Below, in pieces: positions 7,934 to 16,531 of a stretch of 30,025 nt of DNA. The DNA comes from a virus (taxonomy: Duplodnaviria > Caudoviricetes): IMG/VR virus record IMGVR_UViG_3300032290_001058, positions 1 to 30,025 of that record; one strand, given 5' to 3'. Within the stretch, counting starts at the first letter, position 1. Every line of letters begins with the position of its first letter. The notes below the pieces were generated by a model. It was not told the origin of the DNA. It did no database searches and saw nothing but the letters and a program-made list of their open reading frames with translations. The translations under genes were made by a program, and so were the position numbers.

Positions 7934-8303
7934 ATACGTAACCCTCTGCTAGTATTGCGGCTGCTAACCAATCGGCAGCCTGGCATAATGCCTCATCATA
8001 ATCAAACACCCATAACAGCCGCGCGCGCTCAAACGAGCTCGATAGCTCAACCAGGGTAACGGTTTCGTTATCAATAATTGCCTCCCAAATCCGTGCCGTT
8101 TTGTGCGAGGCAATTACCCCGCCTGGGTTGCGTACCGTGTAGCTAATGCCCAGGTGCGCATTGTTTGTAGCTGGGCATTTGATTACCTCGCGCAATGGAT
8201 CAATAAACACGTTCAAGTTTGGTGCCATTTCGTACACGAAATCGAGGTTATACCGTTGCTCGATTTGCTCTAGAGGTGCCTTGGTTGCAATCCTGGCAAA
8301 CAT
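7755..8303 (-). CDS. Hypothetical protein (start revised to 8303, MFARIATK)
   Basis: AAGGAG RBS upstream of ATG 8303; the last ~60 codons overlap 7691..7933. Confidence 0.6.
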   Translation of the reverse strand: MFARIATKAPLEQIEQRYNLDFVYEMAPNLNVFIDPLREVIKCPATNNAHLGISYTVRNPGGVIASHKTARIWEAIIDNETVTLVELSSSFERARLLWVFDYDEALCQAADWLAAAILAEGYVYVPKEIPATWYSEHEQQGGNDPCTTGANTQMEGSSHYSPDDSNGVAVAGANYRNRAHRG

Positions 8304-8305
8304 CT

Positions 8306-8407
8306 CTACCGCTCCTTTTTCTGTGGTGCTACCACAATAATCAATACCAAACCAGTGCCGATTATGATATACGCTAGCGCTGCAAAAAACAGAATAGCGG
8401 TTATCAT
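8306..8407 (-). CDS. 33-aa single-pass membrane micro-protein (not in the ORF track)
   Basis: MITAILFFAALAYIIIGTGLVLIIVVAPQKKER*; ATG overlaps the upstream TGA (8404-8407); TAG ends 2 nt before the next ATG. Confidence 0.7.
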   Translation of the reverse strand: MITAILFFAALAYIIIGTGLVLIIVVAPQKKER

Positions 8408-8694
8408 CTGCTAAGCTCGGGTACACAATACGCAATAGCCGTAATGCGCTCATATCCTGAAATGCCGAGTAAATTGCCTTGCTCATCTTTCTCGAGCATT
8501 ACCCATTTGGTGCGCGCGTTATGCAGCTTTGTGCAATCGAACACGGTAAACAGCTGCCGAATATCCTGATCGAAAAAAATCAGGCTATGTACCTTGTTTT
8601 CTTGCGTCGTCAACGTAGCCGTTACGCCAGGGCTGGGAAAATCTTTCCGAATGCCGAATACAATTGAGATGCACTGTACAGGTATTTGAATCAT
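8404..8694 (-). CDS. Hypothetical protein (96 aa)
   Basis: ATGA-coupled to 8691..9038 and to the micro-protein. Confidence 0.7.
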   Translation of the reverse strand: MIQIPVQCISIVFGIRKDFPSPGVTATLTTQENKVHSLIFFDQDIRQLFTVFDCTKLHNARTKWVMLEKDEQGNLLGISGYERITAIAYCVPELSR

Positions 8695-9038
8695 CGCAAC
8701 ACCGCTGCTGTCATAAGAGGCGACAAATTAAGCCCTGGTACTACTTGCGCCTCTCGGCTCGAGCGCTCGGCACGGTACACATTCTCGACAGCCAGCGCGT
8801 ATACGGTTTTCTCGGCTTGCCGTGTGCGCATTGCATCAATAATGCGCGCATTCAGCGGCTGCCCTGTCAGGGTGCGTTTTGCAAGCTCTTTGTGTGCCTC
8901 GAGCATATGCAGATCGTAGCTGTTAAGCGTTTCGATAACGTCATCTAATTCGTTAGGCAATGCAGGGCAATACCCGTCACACTCCCCAATTGCAGCCCCG
9001 CAAGCTGGGCAATCTGTGTTGTGCTGTGTGTTGTTCAT
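8691..9038 (-). CDS. Hypothetical protein with N-terminal Cys cluster (CPACG..ECDGYC)
   Basis: Four Cys in a zinc-ribbon-like spacing; operon context. Confidence 0.7.
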   Translation of the reverse strand: MNNTQHNTDCPACGAAIGECDGYCPALPNELDDVIETLNSYDLHMLEAHKELAKRTLTGQPLNARIIDAMRTRQAEKTVYALAVENVYRAERSSREAQVVPGLNLSPLMTAAVLR

Positions 9039-9059
9039 TGGTGTAACTTTCTCTGTAGT

Positions 9060-9086
9060 GCCTGCCCAGCTCGATACTGGGCAGGC
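9060..9086. promoter_or_regulatory. Intergenic GC hairpin (10-bp stem, 7-nt loop), no U-tract
   Basis: GCCTGCCCAG-ctcgata-CTGGGCAGGC. Confidence 0.6.
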
Positions 9087-9099
9087 GTTGTGCTGTTGA

Positions 9100-9333
9100 T
9101 TATTGCTGGTTTGGATTCTGCCGAGCCCATTGCCAATCTTTGATAATTTCTGTTACTGCCTCGTGGTGCTCGGAAATGGTAACGTCAAAACCCAGGATTT
9201 TCAACGCTGATCTCATATCCCAAATCAAAATATTCACATCACCTGTTATAACGTTGTACAGACCGCCGTGAATTGCATCAAGAATGATGTTAATTTGCTT
9301 CTGCTGTTGGGTTGCTGTCAGTGTGTGTGCCAT
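9100..9333 (-). CDS. Hypothetical protein, first gene after early promoter B (77 aa)
   Basis: AGAGG RBS; lies directly downstream of a consensus promoter. Confidence 0.75.
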   Translation of the reverse strand: MAHTLTATQQQKQINIILDAIHGGLYNVITGDVNILIWDMRSALKILGFDVTISEHHEAVTEIIKDWQWARQNPNQQ

Positions 9334-9384
9334 GTTCGCGCCTCTTTCGTTTCAGATTGCTTAGTGTCATTGCTGACTGACTGC

Positions 9385-9413
9385 ATAATATATCATGCTG
9401 TACAATTTGTCAA
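9385..9413 (-). promoter_or_regulatory. Sigma70/SigA-type early promoter B
   Basis: Minus strand TTGACA (9413-9408), 17 nt, TATTAT (9390-9385). Confidence 0.85.
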
Positions 9414-9441
9414 TACGTATATTGAAACTGATAAACAGACA

Positions 9442-9476
9442 CACAAAACCCGCTAGTACGCGTAGCGGGTTTTGTG
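9442..9476 (-). terminator. Rho-independent (probably bidirectional) terminator ending the structural operon
   Basis: 14-bp inverted repeat CACAAAACCCGCTA-7 nt-TAGCGGGTTTTGTG after the last tail gene. Confidence 0.85.
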
Positions 9477-9519
9477 CTGGTTGGTGGAGATTGGTTGGTG
9501 CTATTGGATTGCCTACGTA

Positions 9520-9843
9520 TTATAGCACTGGTTTTTGTGGGTACGGTGCCGCTGTCCATAGCACCGCATCTACCGTTGCAGGATAATCGCGCAATGCTTG
9601 CCGATACTCTCTGTAGGCTTCTTTTTGTGCTGGCGTTAGTGGTGCGTCGTCTAATTGCGTCCAATCAGATTCAATGAGGCGCGCTGTCCGACATAATCGC
9701 AATTCGTCCATAGCATCGGCTGGGCTCGGGTTATCTTCTACCGTTGCCTCGGCTGGTAATGGCTCTTGATACTGTGTGCCGAAATCGTCCCAATATTCAA
9801 TGCGTAAAATATCTGCCTGTATGCGTATTCGGTAAATTTTCAT
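9520..9843 (-). CDS. Tail fiber assembly chaperone-like protein
   Basis: R..RL.ESDWTQLDDAPL....EAYREYRQALRDYP motif. Confidence 0.8.
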   Translation of the reverse strand: MKIYRIRIQADILRIEYWDDFGTQYQEPLPAEATVEDNPSPADAMDELRLCRTARLIESDWTQLDDAPLTPAQKEAYREYRQALRDYPATVDAVLWTAAPYPQKPVL

Positions 9844-10334
9844 TATTCAACGCTCCCTGTGAGTTGCACTACGTGCAGAAATGGTGATTCGCTCAATGCA
9901 TTTTCCGCTGTTACGCTAATTGTTGTGTTGACATTCGGCAGCAGATTGATTGCTACTACATCGCCTGTACTAAAATAACGCGTAATGGTAACCGCTTGCC
10001 GTGTTGAAGATTGTCCCATTGATGCCAGAAACGCTACGTTTACGGTATTCACAAATAACCGCGCTTGCACGGTATGCGCTGCTGTTGCATTGTATAGCAT
10101 GGTGAATTGATAGTACCCCGAGCTGGGTATGGTAACATCGGTACCTGCCCAGCTAATAGCGTAGCCGCGCGTTTCTACCTGCCAGGTAATCGTAGTGCCT
10201 GCCGTGGTAATAGCAAGCGTGCTCGAGCGCGTCAACGTCAACCCAGCCGCTGGGTATTCTACCGCTGCTATGTTGTCTATTTCGCCCTGGGCTATGTTGA
10301 TCAGGTCGTACAAATTAGCTGTTGAGTTTGACAT
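9843..10334 (-). CDS. Minor tail / receptor-binding protein (C1q/BclA-like beta-sandwich)
   Basis: VTIPSSGYYQF...FSTGDVV pattern; located at the tail-module end. Confidence 0.55.
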   Translation of the reverse strand: MSNSTANLYDLINIAQGEIDNIAAVEYPAAGLTLTRSSTLAITTAGTTITWQVETRGYAISWAGTDVTIPSSGYYQFTMLYNATAAHTVQARLFVNTVNVAFLASMGQSSTRQAVTITRYFSTGDVVAINLLPNVNTTISVTAENALSESPFLHVVQLTGSVE

Positions 10335-11403
10335 TAATTATTTCATCCCCTGTGCTTTTCCATTCAAGCCCGACAGCCGATACATACTGATTAACTTTGC
10401 TGTTATTCCAGGCTACTGCAATCTTATCGCCAAAAAAATAATCGCGCCCGTATCGCATCTGGCTTGTTTGCAATACCTCTACCTGGTACTGTACGCGCTT
10501 GCGCGCCTGTATTGCTAGCGTTTTGCTGCCGAATTGCTGCAAATATGCTGCCGTGCTATTTTGCTGGTTTTTCGCATCTTGAAACGATTCTTTTAAATCG
10601 AGCCCTGTAGGCAATGTAGCTGGTCTGGTTGCAAATACTTTTGCTTCCTCGGTACCGCTGCCGCCTACAATTACCGCGTTGAAATCGTTCAATACATCGC
10701 TAATCTGGGTAATCGTTGCAACCGTGCCTGTGCTTACTGACAGCGTAATTGTTGCTGTACGATCCGTACCAATCTGCCCTACATAGGTAGTAAATACCCA
10801 GCTGGCAGGCGCTGTATATGACAGGGTAAACGCCAGCCCCGAGCTATACGCTACCTCTTGCATTGTTTTTAATAACGGCTGCATACTGCATTTCAGGGTA
10901 AGGGCTGTACCCGTGCCTGCTGTCGCTGCCGTGCTCATGCCTGTAATACGTCCGTCAAGCAAGCGCCCGTTTGCAACCGTTGCCGAACTGCCTACGTTGT
11001 AATTGAATAGCCGTTTTAAAATCGTTTCACCTGGCTGGGCTGTGAATTTCGATAGATCTGTTTTGTTCGCCTTGTACGCAATCGTACGGTAGCCGAGAAT
11101 ACCCAGCATACCGATTGCCTGCAATGTAAACGAGGTTACTACCGATCGAGTTACAATACGTTTCCGTATGATGCCTGCAAACTCGAGCGCATTTGGTATG
11201 CCGAGCTCTACATCTTGCCTATATATTTCTATGATTGCGTTTAATACCATGTATTGCGCGCTTGGTGATCGATTGCGAATCGTAAATTGCAGCATATCGA
11301 TTGCGTTCAGCTGTTTGCTGATTGCTAGGTTATCGAAATCAGTTACGACAGCCTGCAAGGCTCCTGCGCTGTCGTATACCTGCATGGTGTAATACGGTGC
11401 CAT
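10315..11403 (-). CDS. Minor tail hub protein (ReqiPepy6 Gp37-like / Tal position)
   Basis: FAGII, VIVGGSGTEE, YGRDYFFGDKIAV motifs; follows the Dit region. Confidence 0.7.
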   Translation of the reverse strand: MAPYYTMQVYDSAGALQAVVTDFDNLAISKQLNAIDMLQFTIRNRSPSAQYMVLNAIIEIYRQDVELGIPNALEFAGIIRKRIVTRSVVTSFTLQAIGMLGILGYRTIAYKANKTDLSKFTAQPGETILKRLFNYNVGSSATVANGRLLDGRITGMSTAATAGTGTALTLKCSMQPLLKTMQEVAYSSGLAFTLSYTAPASWVFTTYVGQIGTDRTATITLSVSTGTVATITQISDVLNDFNAVIVGGSGTEEAKVFATRPATLPTGLDLKESFQDAKNQQNSTAAYLQQFGSKTLAIQARKRVQYQVEVLQTSQMRYGRDYFFGDKIAVAWNNSKVNQYVSAVGLEWKSTGDEIINVKLNS

Positions 11404-11407
11404 ATGG

Positions 11408-12316
11408 CTACACTCGAGCTACAAGAAACGTGCTATCTGTTACTGATCGTCCTGCATTACTTGCCCAGGCTTGAATATAAAATACTTTCGGCGTACCTGG
11501 TGTAACAGATACATACGCCGTTACTTCAGCCTGGTATACCGAAATGCCGCCGTTTGGTAATTGTGCTGCCGACAGTGTCAAAAATTGCATATCGAGGTTT
11601 CGCACCTGTATATTACGGTTGCCTGTGGTGTTGGTATCAAAATGCAGTTTCAGCGAGAAACAATACAGCCCGCTTGCTCGTATTGATATTTCCCCTGTTG
11701 TTGCATTTACCCCAATTGATGCATCTGAGCTGGCAGCTGCTGTTGCATAGTTTGTAAGATCGTAATAGGTGCTTGCACTGGTTAACGTAGCCGTGCCGCC
11801 TGTCATTACTGCGTATTGGGTATTGGGTACCTGCCGCCCGCTTGCCAGTGGGTATAAGCTTGTAACGCTGCTGATAATGCCTGTAGCGCCTACAGATACC
11901 GTTGCAATGCTGATATAGTTTGCAGCACCGATTGTAGTAAGTTGTGCACTGGTTGCCAATGCCATACGTACGGTATTAGTCAATACGGTTGTGGTATCTG
12001 CCGTGCTTCGTGCAACAGTGTACGAGCTTCCCGAGCCGTTTGCAATCAATGCGAGGGTATAGGTACCGTTTAGCGTGCTGGTTGGGATTGTGCTAGCGCT
12101 GGTGCTCTCGTAAAAATACCCGTTGATTAATGCTGCCCCGTCTGCAATGGTTAGCGTAGTGCTCGCACCCGATATTGCAAGATTCGAGCCGATAAACAAA
12201 ATACCGTTGCCGAGCGTTTTTTGTTCCATTGCAATCATTCGGCTGCTGTCGTATGTGGTTGCCCCGTCGTTTGATGTTGATGTATTCCAACCTAATGAGC
12301 GCTCATTACTTGCCAT
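11408..12316 (-). CDS. Minor tail/baseplate protein, putative RBP
   Basis: TIADGAALINGYFY N-terminal motif; Ser/Thr-rich; C-terminal ASGLYCF beta-sandwich. Confidence 0.65.
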   Translation of the reverse strand: MASNERSLGWNTSTSNDGATTYDSSRMIAMEQKTLGNGILFIGSNLAISGASTTLTIADGAALINGYFYESTSASTIPTSTLNGTYTLALIANGSGSSYTVARSTADTTTVLTNTVRMALATSAQLTTIGAANYISIATVSVGATGIISSVTSLYPLASGRQVPNTQYAVMTGGTATLTSASTYYDLTNYATAAASSDASIGVNATTGEISIRASGLYCFSLKLHFDTNTTGNRNIQVRNLDMQFLTLSAAQLPNGGISVYQAEVTAYVSVTPGTPKVFYIQAWASNAGRSVTDSTFLVARV

Positions 12317-12327
12317 GGTGTTACCTC

Positions 12328-13224
12328 TTATATTCCAACAAATCGATCGTAATAGCTTAAATATACACTGCTGGCTGTGGTTGTACCCGTACCCGATACA
12401 ACCAGGGTATTAATACCGTTTGCAACGTCAGGCGCTGGGAAAATGGCAAACTGTGCAAGCTCGCTGCTACTGTCTACCAATCCAATCCTGTTAACGCCTG
12501 CCTGATCTGTTACGGTTTTGTACCCGTATCGCAGATCGAAACGCAATGAGGTGCCAGCCGCAATAACGGTGCCAGGGTCCAACGTAATATTTTGCCCGCT
12601 CGAGCTGTTGGTGATTGAAAAATTTGTAATTGGTCCCGTTGCCGTAATAATCGGGTAACTCAGCCAGGTGCCAGCGTACGCAATATCAAACGAGCCGCCA
12701 AACGTCGTAATACCGTATGTGGTTGGGTATACTTTCGGGTATGCTGTTTGTGTACCTGCAATAGTCACAATAGGTAATGTGTATTCATTGGGGTTGTACC
12801 ATGTAGGATCACTGCAACGCAATTTTACTACCGCTCGTATTGCATAGCCCGAGCTGGTTTCCATGTTAAAATCTAAGCCGCCTAATACCCGCGTTGTAAT
12901 CCATCGTTCGCGCCCGTCTGGGTATTGCACAATAAGCGTGCCGTCAGTATTCGACGGCTTAAACAGCTGCAGCAAATAATTTCGCTGGTCGTATTGTTCC
13001 TGCAATGTTTCGCATTCTACCAACAGCGGTATTTGTATGATTCGCGGATCAAGCCGAAAATCGAGCGTTGTATCACCATGCTGTACAGGTGATCGGCTGG
13101 TAATCATGTGTAACGGTGCCATGCCGAAATTCTCATCCCCGAGGTAATGCACAGGAAATGCAGGGCTCTGATTCGATATGTTGTACGTATTGCCGCCGAT
13201 TTGGTAGGTTACTTGATATGCCAT
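12328..13224 (-). CDS. Distal tail protein (Dit)
   Basis: PVQHGD...LDPRII, LRCSDPTWY, YPIITATGP, GINTL; directly follows the tape measure gene. Confidence 0.8.
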   Translation of the reverse strand: MAYQVTYQIGGNTYNISNQSPAFPVHYLGDENFGMAPLHMITSRSPVQHGDTTLDFRLDPRIIQIPLLVECETLQEQYDQRNYLLQLFKPSNTDGTLIVQYPDGRERWITTRVLGGLDFNMETSSGYAIRAVVKLRCSDPTWYNPNEYTLPIVTIAGTQTAYPKVYPTTYGITTFGGSFDIAYAGTWLSYPIITATGPITNFSITNSSSGQNITLDPGTVIAAGTSLRFDLRYGYKTVTDQAGVNRIGLVDSSSELAQFAIFPAPDVANGINTLVVSGTGTTTASSVYLSYYDRFVGI

Positions 13225-15189
13225 TTACAACGCTCCTGACATTAATTGCATAGCTCGTAAATCCTGCATAATGTTGCCTTCGCTCTGTACTGTAGCATAC
13301 GAGGCATTCAGGTTGTAATTGTATGTGGTAACCGCTGCCGCGTTGCCTACTGCCATACTCGAGGCGTCAGCAACCAGCCCCGAGCTATTTACAATGCCTT
13401 GTGCCATGCCTTGCGAAATTGGTGCGCCTACCATATCTGCAAATAGCTTACTTGGGCTCTCGATTAAACCCCAATCGCGCGCCTTCTGCAATGCAGCCCC
13501 GAGCACGCGCTCGATAGCATCTTTGATAAACGAAACGCCAGCGTCAATACCATCTGCAATGCCTTTAACCAAATCGGTGCCGAGCGTTTTTGCTTCGTCA
13601 ATCTTGGTTTTAATTGCATTGGTGATATAGTCAACGCCTGTTTGTACTGCAATTTTGATGTTATCCCATACAGTAGTAAATGTTTCGCCTAATTTGTTCA
13701 ATGCGCCTGTAGTGTCACCATTGAGAAACAATACAACGCTCTCGAGTATCCCTTTAATGACAGGAAATACCGCGTTGATTACCGTTGCCAGCCCATTAAT
13801 TACCATTGTCGCTACTGGTAACAGGTAGGTTTGAAACGCTTCTACCAGTTTCATGATGTTGTTATACACAACCGTTACCACAATCTGCCCGAGCAATCCA
13901 AATACCTGTATGATTGCATCTACTGCAGCTAATACGGCTGGGCTAGATAACGTGTTTGTTATAGCTTCAGCGATTGGTAGCACTGCATTGATAATAAGCG
14001 CTACTTTTTCCCCAATCATTGCAGCCAGTGGTGCGAATGCCGTACCGAAACTGCCTATAATGCTCGAGGCGACGGTAAAAACATTAGTGAAAATGGTTTG
14101 TATAGCGGGTAGGTTATTCATTACGGCATCAAATATGCTCTGCAGCCCTGCCATGAGCCCGCCTAATGCAGTTTGCAACCCTGTCACGGCTTCGCTGTTC
14201 ATCAAGATTTCAAAAAACGTCGATACTGCAGTTTTGATACTGTCAAAATTGGTAATTAGCATCTGCAGCCCAGTTTGCAGCTGGGTTACCCATACGCCTA
14301 CTTGGTCTGTCTGAAATCCTGAAATAAAACCCGCCAGTGTTGTTGCCGCTTGCTCGATGTATGGCATAAACTTGGTAGCGAACATTTCCATAAGCTTCGA
14401 CAGCACAGGCAGCAACGCGTCCCCTACTTTTTGCTTTACGTCTTCGAATTGCGCTGCTAACCGTGCCTGTCTACCCGTAAACGTATCGGCTGCAGCCGCT
14501 GCCGAGCCGCCAAACTCTTTATTGAGCTCGGCAATAATAACCTGTTGCGCGCCTGCAACATCGCCTGTTTCTACAAGCTGCTTAATGACGTTTTTCTGAT
14601 CTTCACTAAATGTAACGCCTACCCGAGATAATGCGCTAATACCTGCAACAGGATCGTTAAGCGCCTTGCCTACTTGTATCGAGGTGCTTTGCAGATCTTG
14701 CCCGAGCGCCTGGCTAACGTCAAGAATTGCGCTCGTTGCATCCCCAAAATTGGTACCCTTGATTTGTGTAAACGTTGCTAATACGTTTGTTGCCCCGAGA
14801 ATAGCATCATCACTAAAAATACTGTTACCGCTGGCAGCGCTCATATTGCTTGCCATATCTGCCATTTGTTGCGCTGTTAGCCCAGCCGCTCCGCCTGTGG
14901 ATTTTACGACAGCCTCGGTTTGTGCAAGAGCGCTTGCCCAGCTTGATGATTCTTCTATGGCACTGGTGAAGAAACTGCCGAGCTGGGCAACGCCTGCGCT
15001 GGCGAGGTTGGTAATAGCCCCGCCGATTGCCATAAACGCGCCCTGTGCAATGCCATTAAACGCGCTCATTTTGGTACTGACGGCTTCAGCCTGGTTGCCC
15101 AGCGCACCCATGTTTTTATCAATGGTATTGGTTACGTTGCTTACGTCATCTTCACCAACAAACCTGATAATTACGTTCTCTTGTGTCAT
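13225..15189 (-). CDS. Tape measure protein (654 aa)
   Basis: VGKALNDPVAGISALSRVGV..FGGSA motif; long amphipathic helical repeats; IESPSK near the C-terminus. Confidence 0.92.
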   Translation of the reverse strand: MTQENVIIRFVGEDDVSNVTNTIDKNMGALGNQAEAVSTKMSAFNGIAQGAFMAIGGAITNLASAGVAQLGSFFTSAIEESSSWASALAQTEAVVKSTGGAAGLTAQQMADMASNMSAASGNSIFSDDAILGATNVLATFTQIKGTNFGDATSAILDVSQALGQDLQSTSIQVGKALNDPVAGISALSRVGVTFSEDQKNVIKQLVETGDVAGAQQVIIAELNKEFGGSAAAAADTFTGRQARLAAQFEDVKQKVGDALLPVLSKLMEMFATKFMPYIEQAATTLAGFISGFQTDQVGVWVTQLQTGLQMLITNFDSIKTAVSTFFEILMNSEAVTGLQTALGGLMAGLQSIFDAVMNNLPAIQTIFTNVFTVASSIIGSFGTAFAPLAAMIGEKVALIINAVLPIAEAITNTLSSPAVLAAVDAIIQVFGLLGQIVVTVVYNNIMKLVEAFQTYLLPVATMVINGLATVINAVFPVIKGILESVVLFLNGDTTGALNKLGETFTTVWDNIKIAVQTGVDYITNAIKTKIDEAKTLGTDLVKGIADGIDAGVSFIKDAIERVLGAALQKARDWGLIESPSKLFADMVGAPISQGMAQGIVNSSGLVADASSMAVGNAAAVTTYNYNLNASYATVQSEGNIMQDLRAMQLMSGAL

Positions 15190-15377
15190 AGGTGCGCCTT
15201 TTTGTTTAGCCGTCGCTCGATACTAATCATCATGAGATGCCGCGAAATGGTTTCATAGTCTGGCAGCTGATCGGGTGTACAGTGGTACAAATCTCTACAG
15301 GCAAGCAATTCCAAATACTCGAGCGGCATTGGTTGTGCTGTCCATAGATGCGCAATCAGCTGCCTTTCAAGTTTGGG
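15186..15377 (-). CDS. Tail assembly chaperone T extension reached by -1 programmed frameshift
   Basis: Slippery C CCA AAC (plus strand 15371-15377). The -1 frame reads LERQLIAHLWTAQPMPLEYLELLACRDLYHCTPDQL...KKAHL*, with its TGA overlapping the TMP ATG. Confidence 0.8.
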   Translation of the reverse strand, partial: PKLERQLIAHLWTAQPMPLEYLELLACRDLYHCTPDQLPDYETISRHLMMISIERRLNKKAHL

Positions 15378-15580
15378 TCTTGGTACTGCAATCGCTGTAG
15401 GATTTTGTCTACAATTGCGCTGAAATGCTCAAACGGTAAATCACTGGCTGGGCTACCGTCTTCAGTAGTTACGCATTTCTCGATAATCGGCAGCATCTCG
15501 CTGATATCGCCTGTACGTGCCGAGCGTTGCAGGTTAGCAACGTCTTTGATAGATAGCTTAGTACGGTTAATGGTGTACAT
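15356..15580 (-). CDS. Tail assembly chaperone (G-like)
   Basis: Lies between the major tail and TMP genes; AAGGA RBS before ATG 15580; ends DPNLKGS. Confidence 0.8.
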   Translation of the reverse strand: MYTINRTKLSIKDVANLQRSARTGDISEMLPIIEKCVTTEDGSPASDLPFEHFSAIVDKILQRLQYQDPNLKGS

Positions 15581-15619
15581 ATATTCCTTTGTATCAAGGG
15601 CTATGCCTGTGCGCATTGC

Positions 15620-16066
15620 CTAGGTTGTACGGGTAATGGTTGTGCATTTCATGGTAAACGAGCAAATAATAACATCGCTGTTACTTGCATCACCATTAGG
15701 CAACTGCAGCTTGTAAATCCGTGCTGCATTGGTTTGGTATGTATCGTTACCTGCCGTGCTGCCGCCTGGCTGCCATTTCAAACTAACCAGTGTTTTGTTA
15801 GTGAATGCATCAAACACCATATGATATGCTTCTGACGCTGATTCGGTGTAAATAACATTTACAACCAAATCAAACGGCTTCTGCTTACCAAATACCACAA
15901 TGCCAGTATCAGCATCTGGCGTATACGCTTCGCCTGTAAACCGCTCAAGCTCTGGCATTTCGATTGATTGCGAGCTGCCTGCAATGTCCGTAAATGCACC
16001 CGTGCCGCCCGTTTGCATCGACAGTGTAAATACACTGCCGTTCATTGCTCCTGTGGTTTGTGCCAT
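15620..16066 (-). CDS. Major tail tube protein
   Basis: Position, size (148 aa), beta-rich composition, LKWQPGGS..GN; GAGGT RBS. Confidence 0.75.
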   Translation of the reverse strand: MAQTTGAMNGSVFTLSMQTGGTGAFTDIAGSSQSIEMPELERFTGEAYTPDADTGIVVFGKQKPFDLVVNVIYTESASEAYHMVFDAFTNKTLVSLKWQPGGSTAGNDTYQTNAARIYKLQLPNGDASNSDVIICSFTMKCTTITRTT

Positions 16067-16078
16067 GGTCGTACCTCT

Positions 16079-16531
16079 CTATTGCACAATGTCTGTAAAT
16101 GTCAGTGTGCTAATTACCGCGTGGTATGTGCGCTCGCTGCTTGCAGGAAATTGCATTACCTGCGTACGCTGTTGTACCAGATCGAGCGTATACACCGAAT
16201 TGCCCAGCTGCCGCGTGCATTCAATGTAGCTATTCATATACTCAATGTATACGGTAGCGATATCTTTCAGCCCGAGCCCTTCCCCAACAAACCGTAATAA
16301 ACAAATATCCTCTATTGTCCATTCAGTAACCATTACGCGCCCCGCTCCTGGCGTTACGCGCTTGGTGCGCTGGCTGGTTGCGTTGAGTGGGCTAATAACT
16401 CGGCAGGGCAGATCAGCGTTTTCTACCGTGTTTAGTAGGCTTGTACCTGATCGTACCGTAACCGTTGCCCCGTACGCTTGCACTGGCATTGCTGCTACTG
16501 CTGTAATAATGTTTGTTACGTTTGTTGCCAT
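16079..16531 (-). CDS. Tail terminator / completion protein
   Basis: Lies between the connector and major tail genes; ADLPCRVI motif. Confidence 0.55.
   Translation of the reverse strand: MATNVTNIITAVAAMPVQAYGATVTVRSGTSLLNTVENADLPCRVISPLNATSQRTKRVTPGAGRVMVTEWTIEDICLLRFVGEGLGLKDIATVYIEYMNSYIECTRQLGNSVYTLDLVQQRTQVMQFPASSERTYHAVISTLTFTDIVQ

Noticed and set aside
7755-8486. 243-aa ORF starting at 8486
   Set aside because: It would overlap 8404..8694 and the 33-aa micro-gene; a strong AAGGAG RBS supports 8303.
9843-12316. Diversity-generating retroelement or invertible tail-fibre cassette
   Set aside because: No reverse transcriptase, recombinase or TR/VR nucleotide repeat pair seen.
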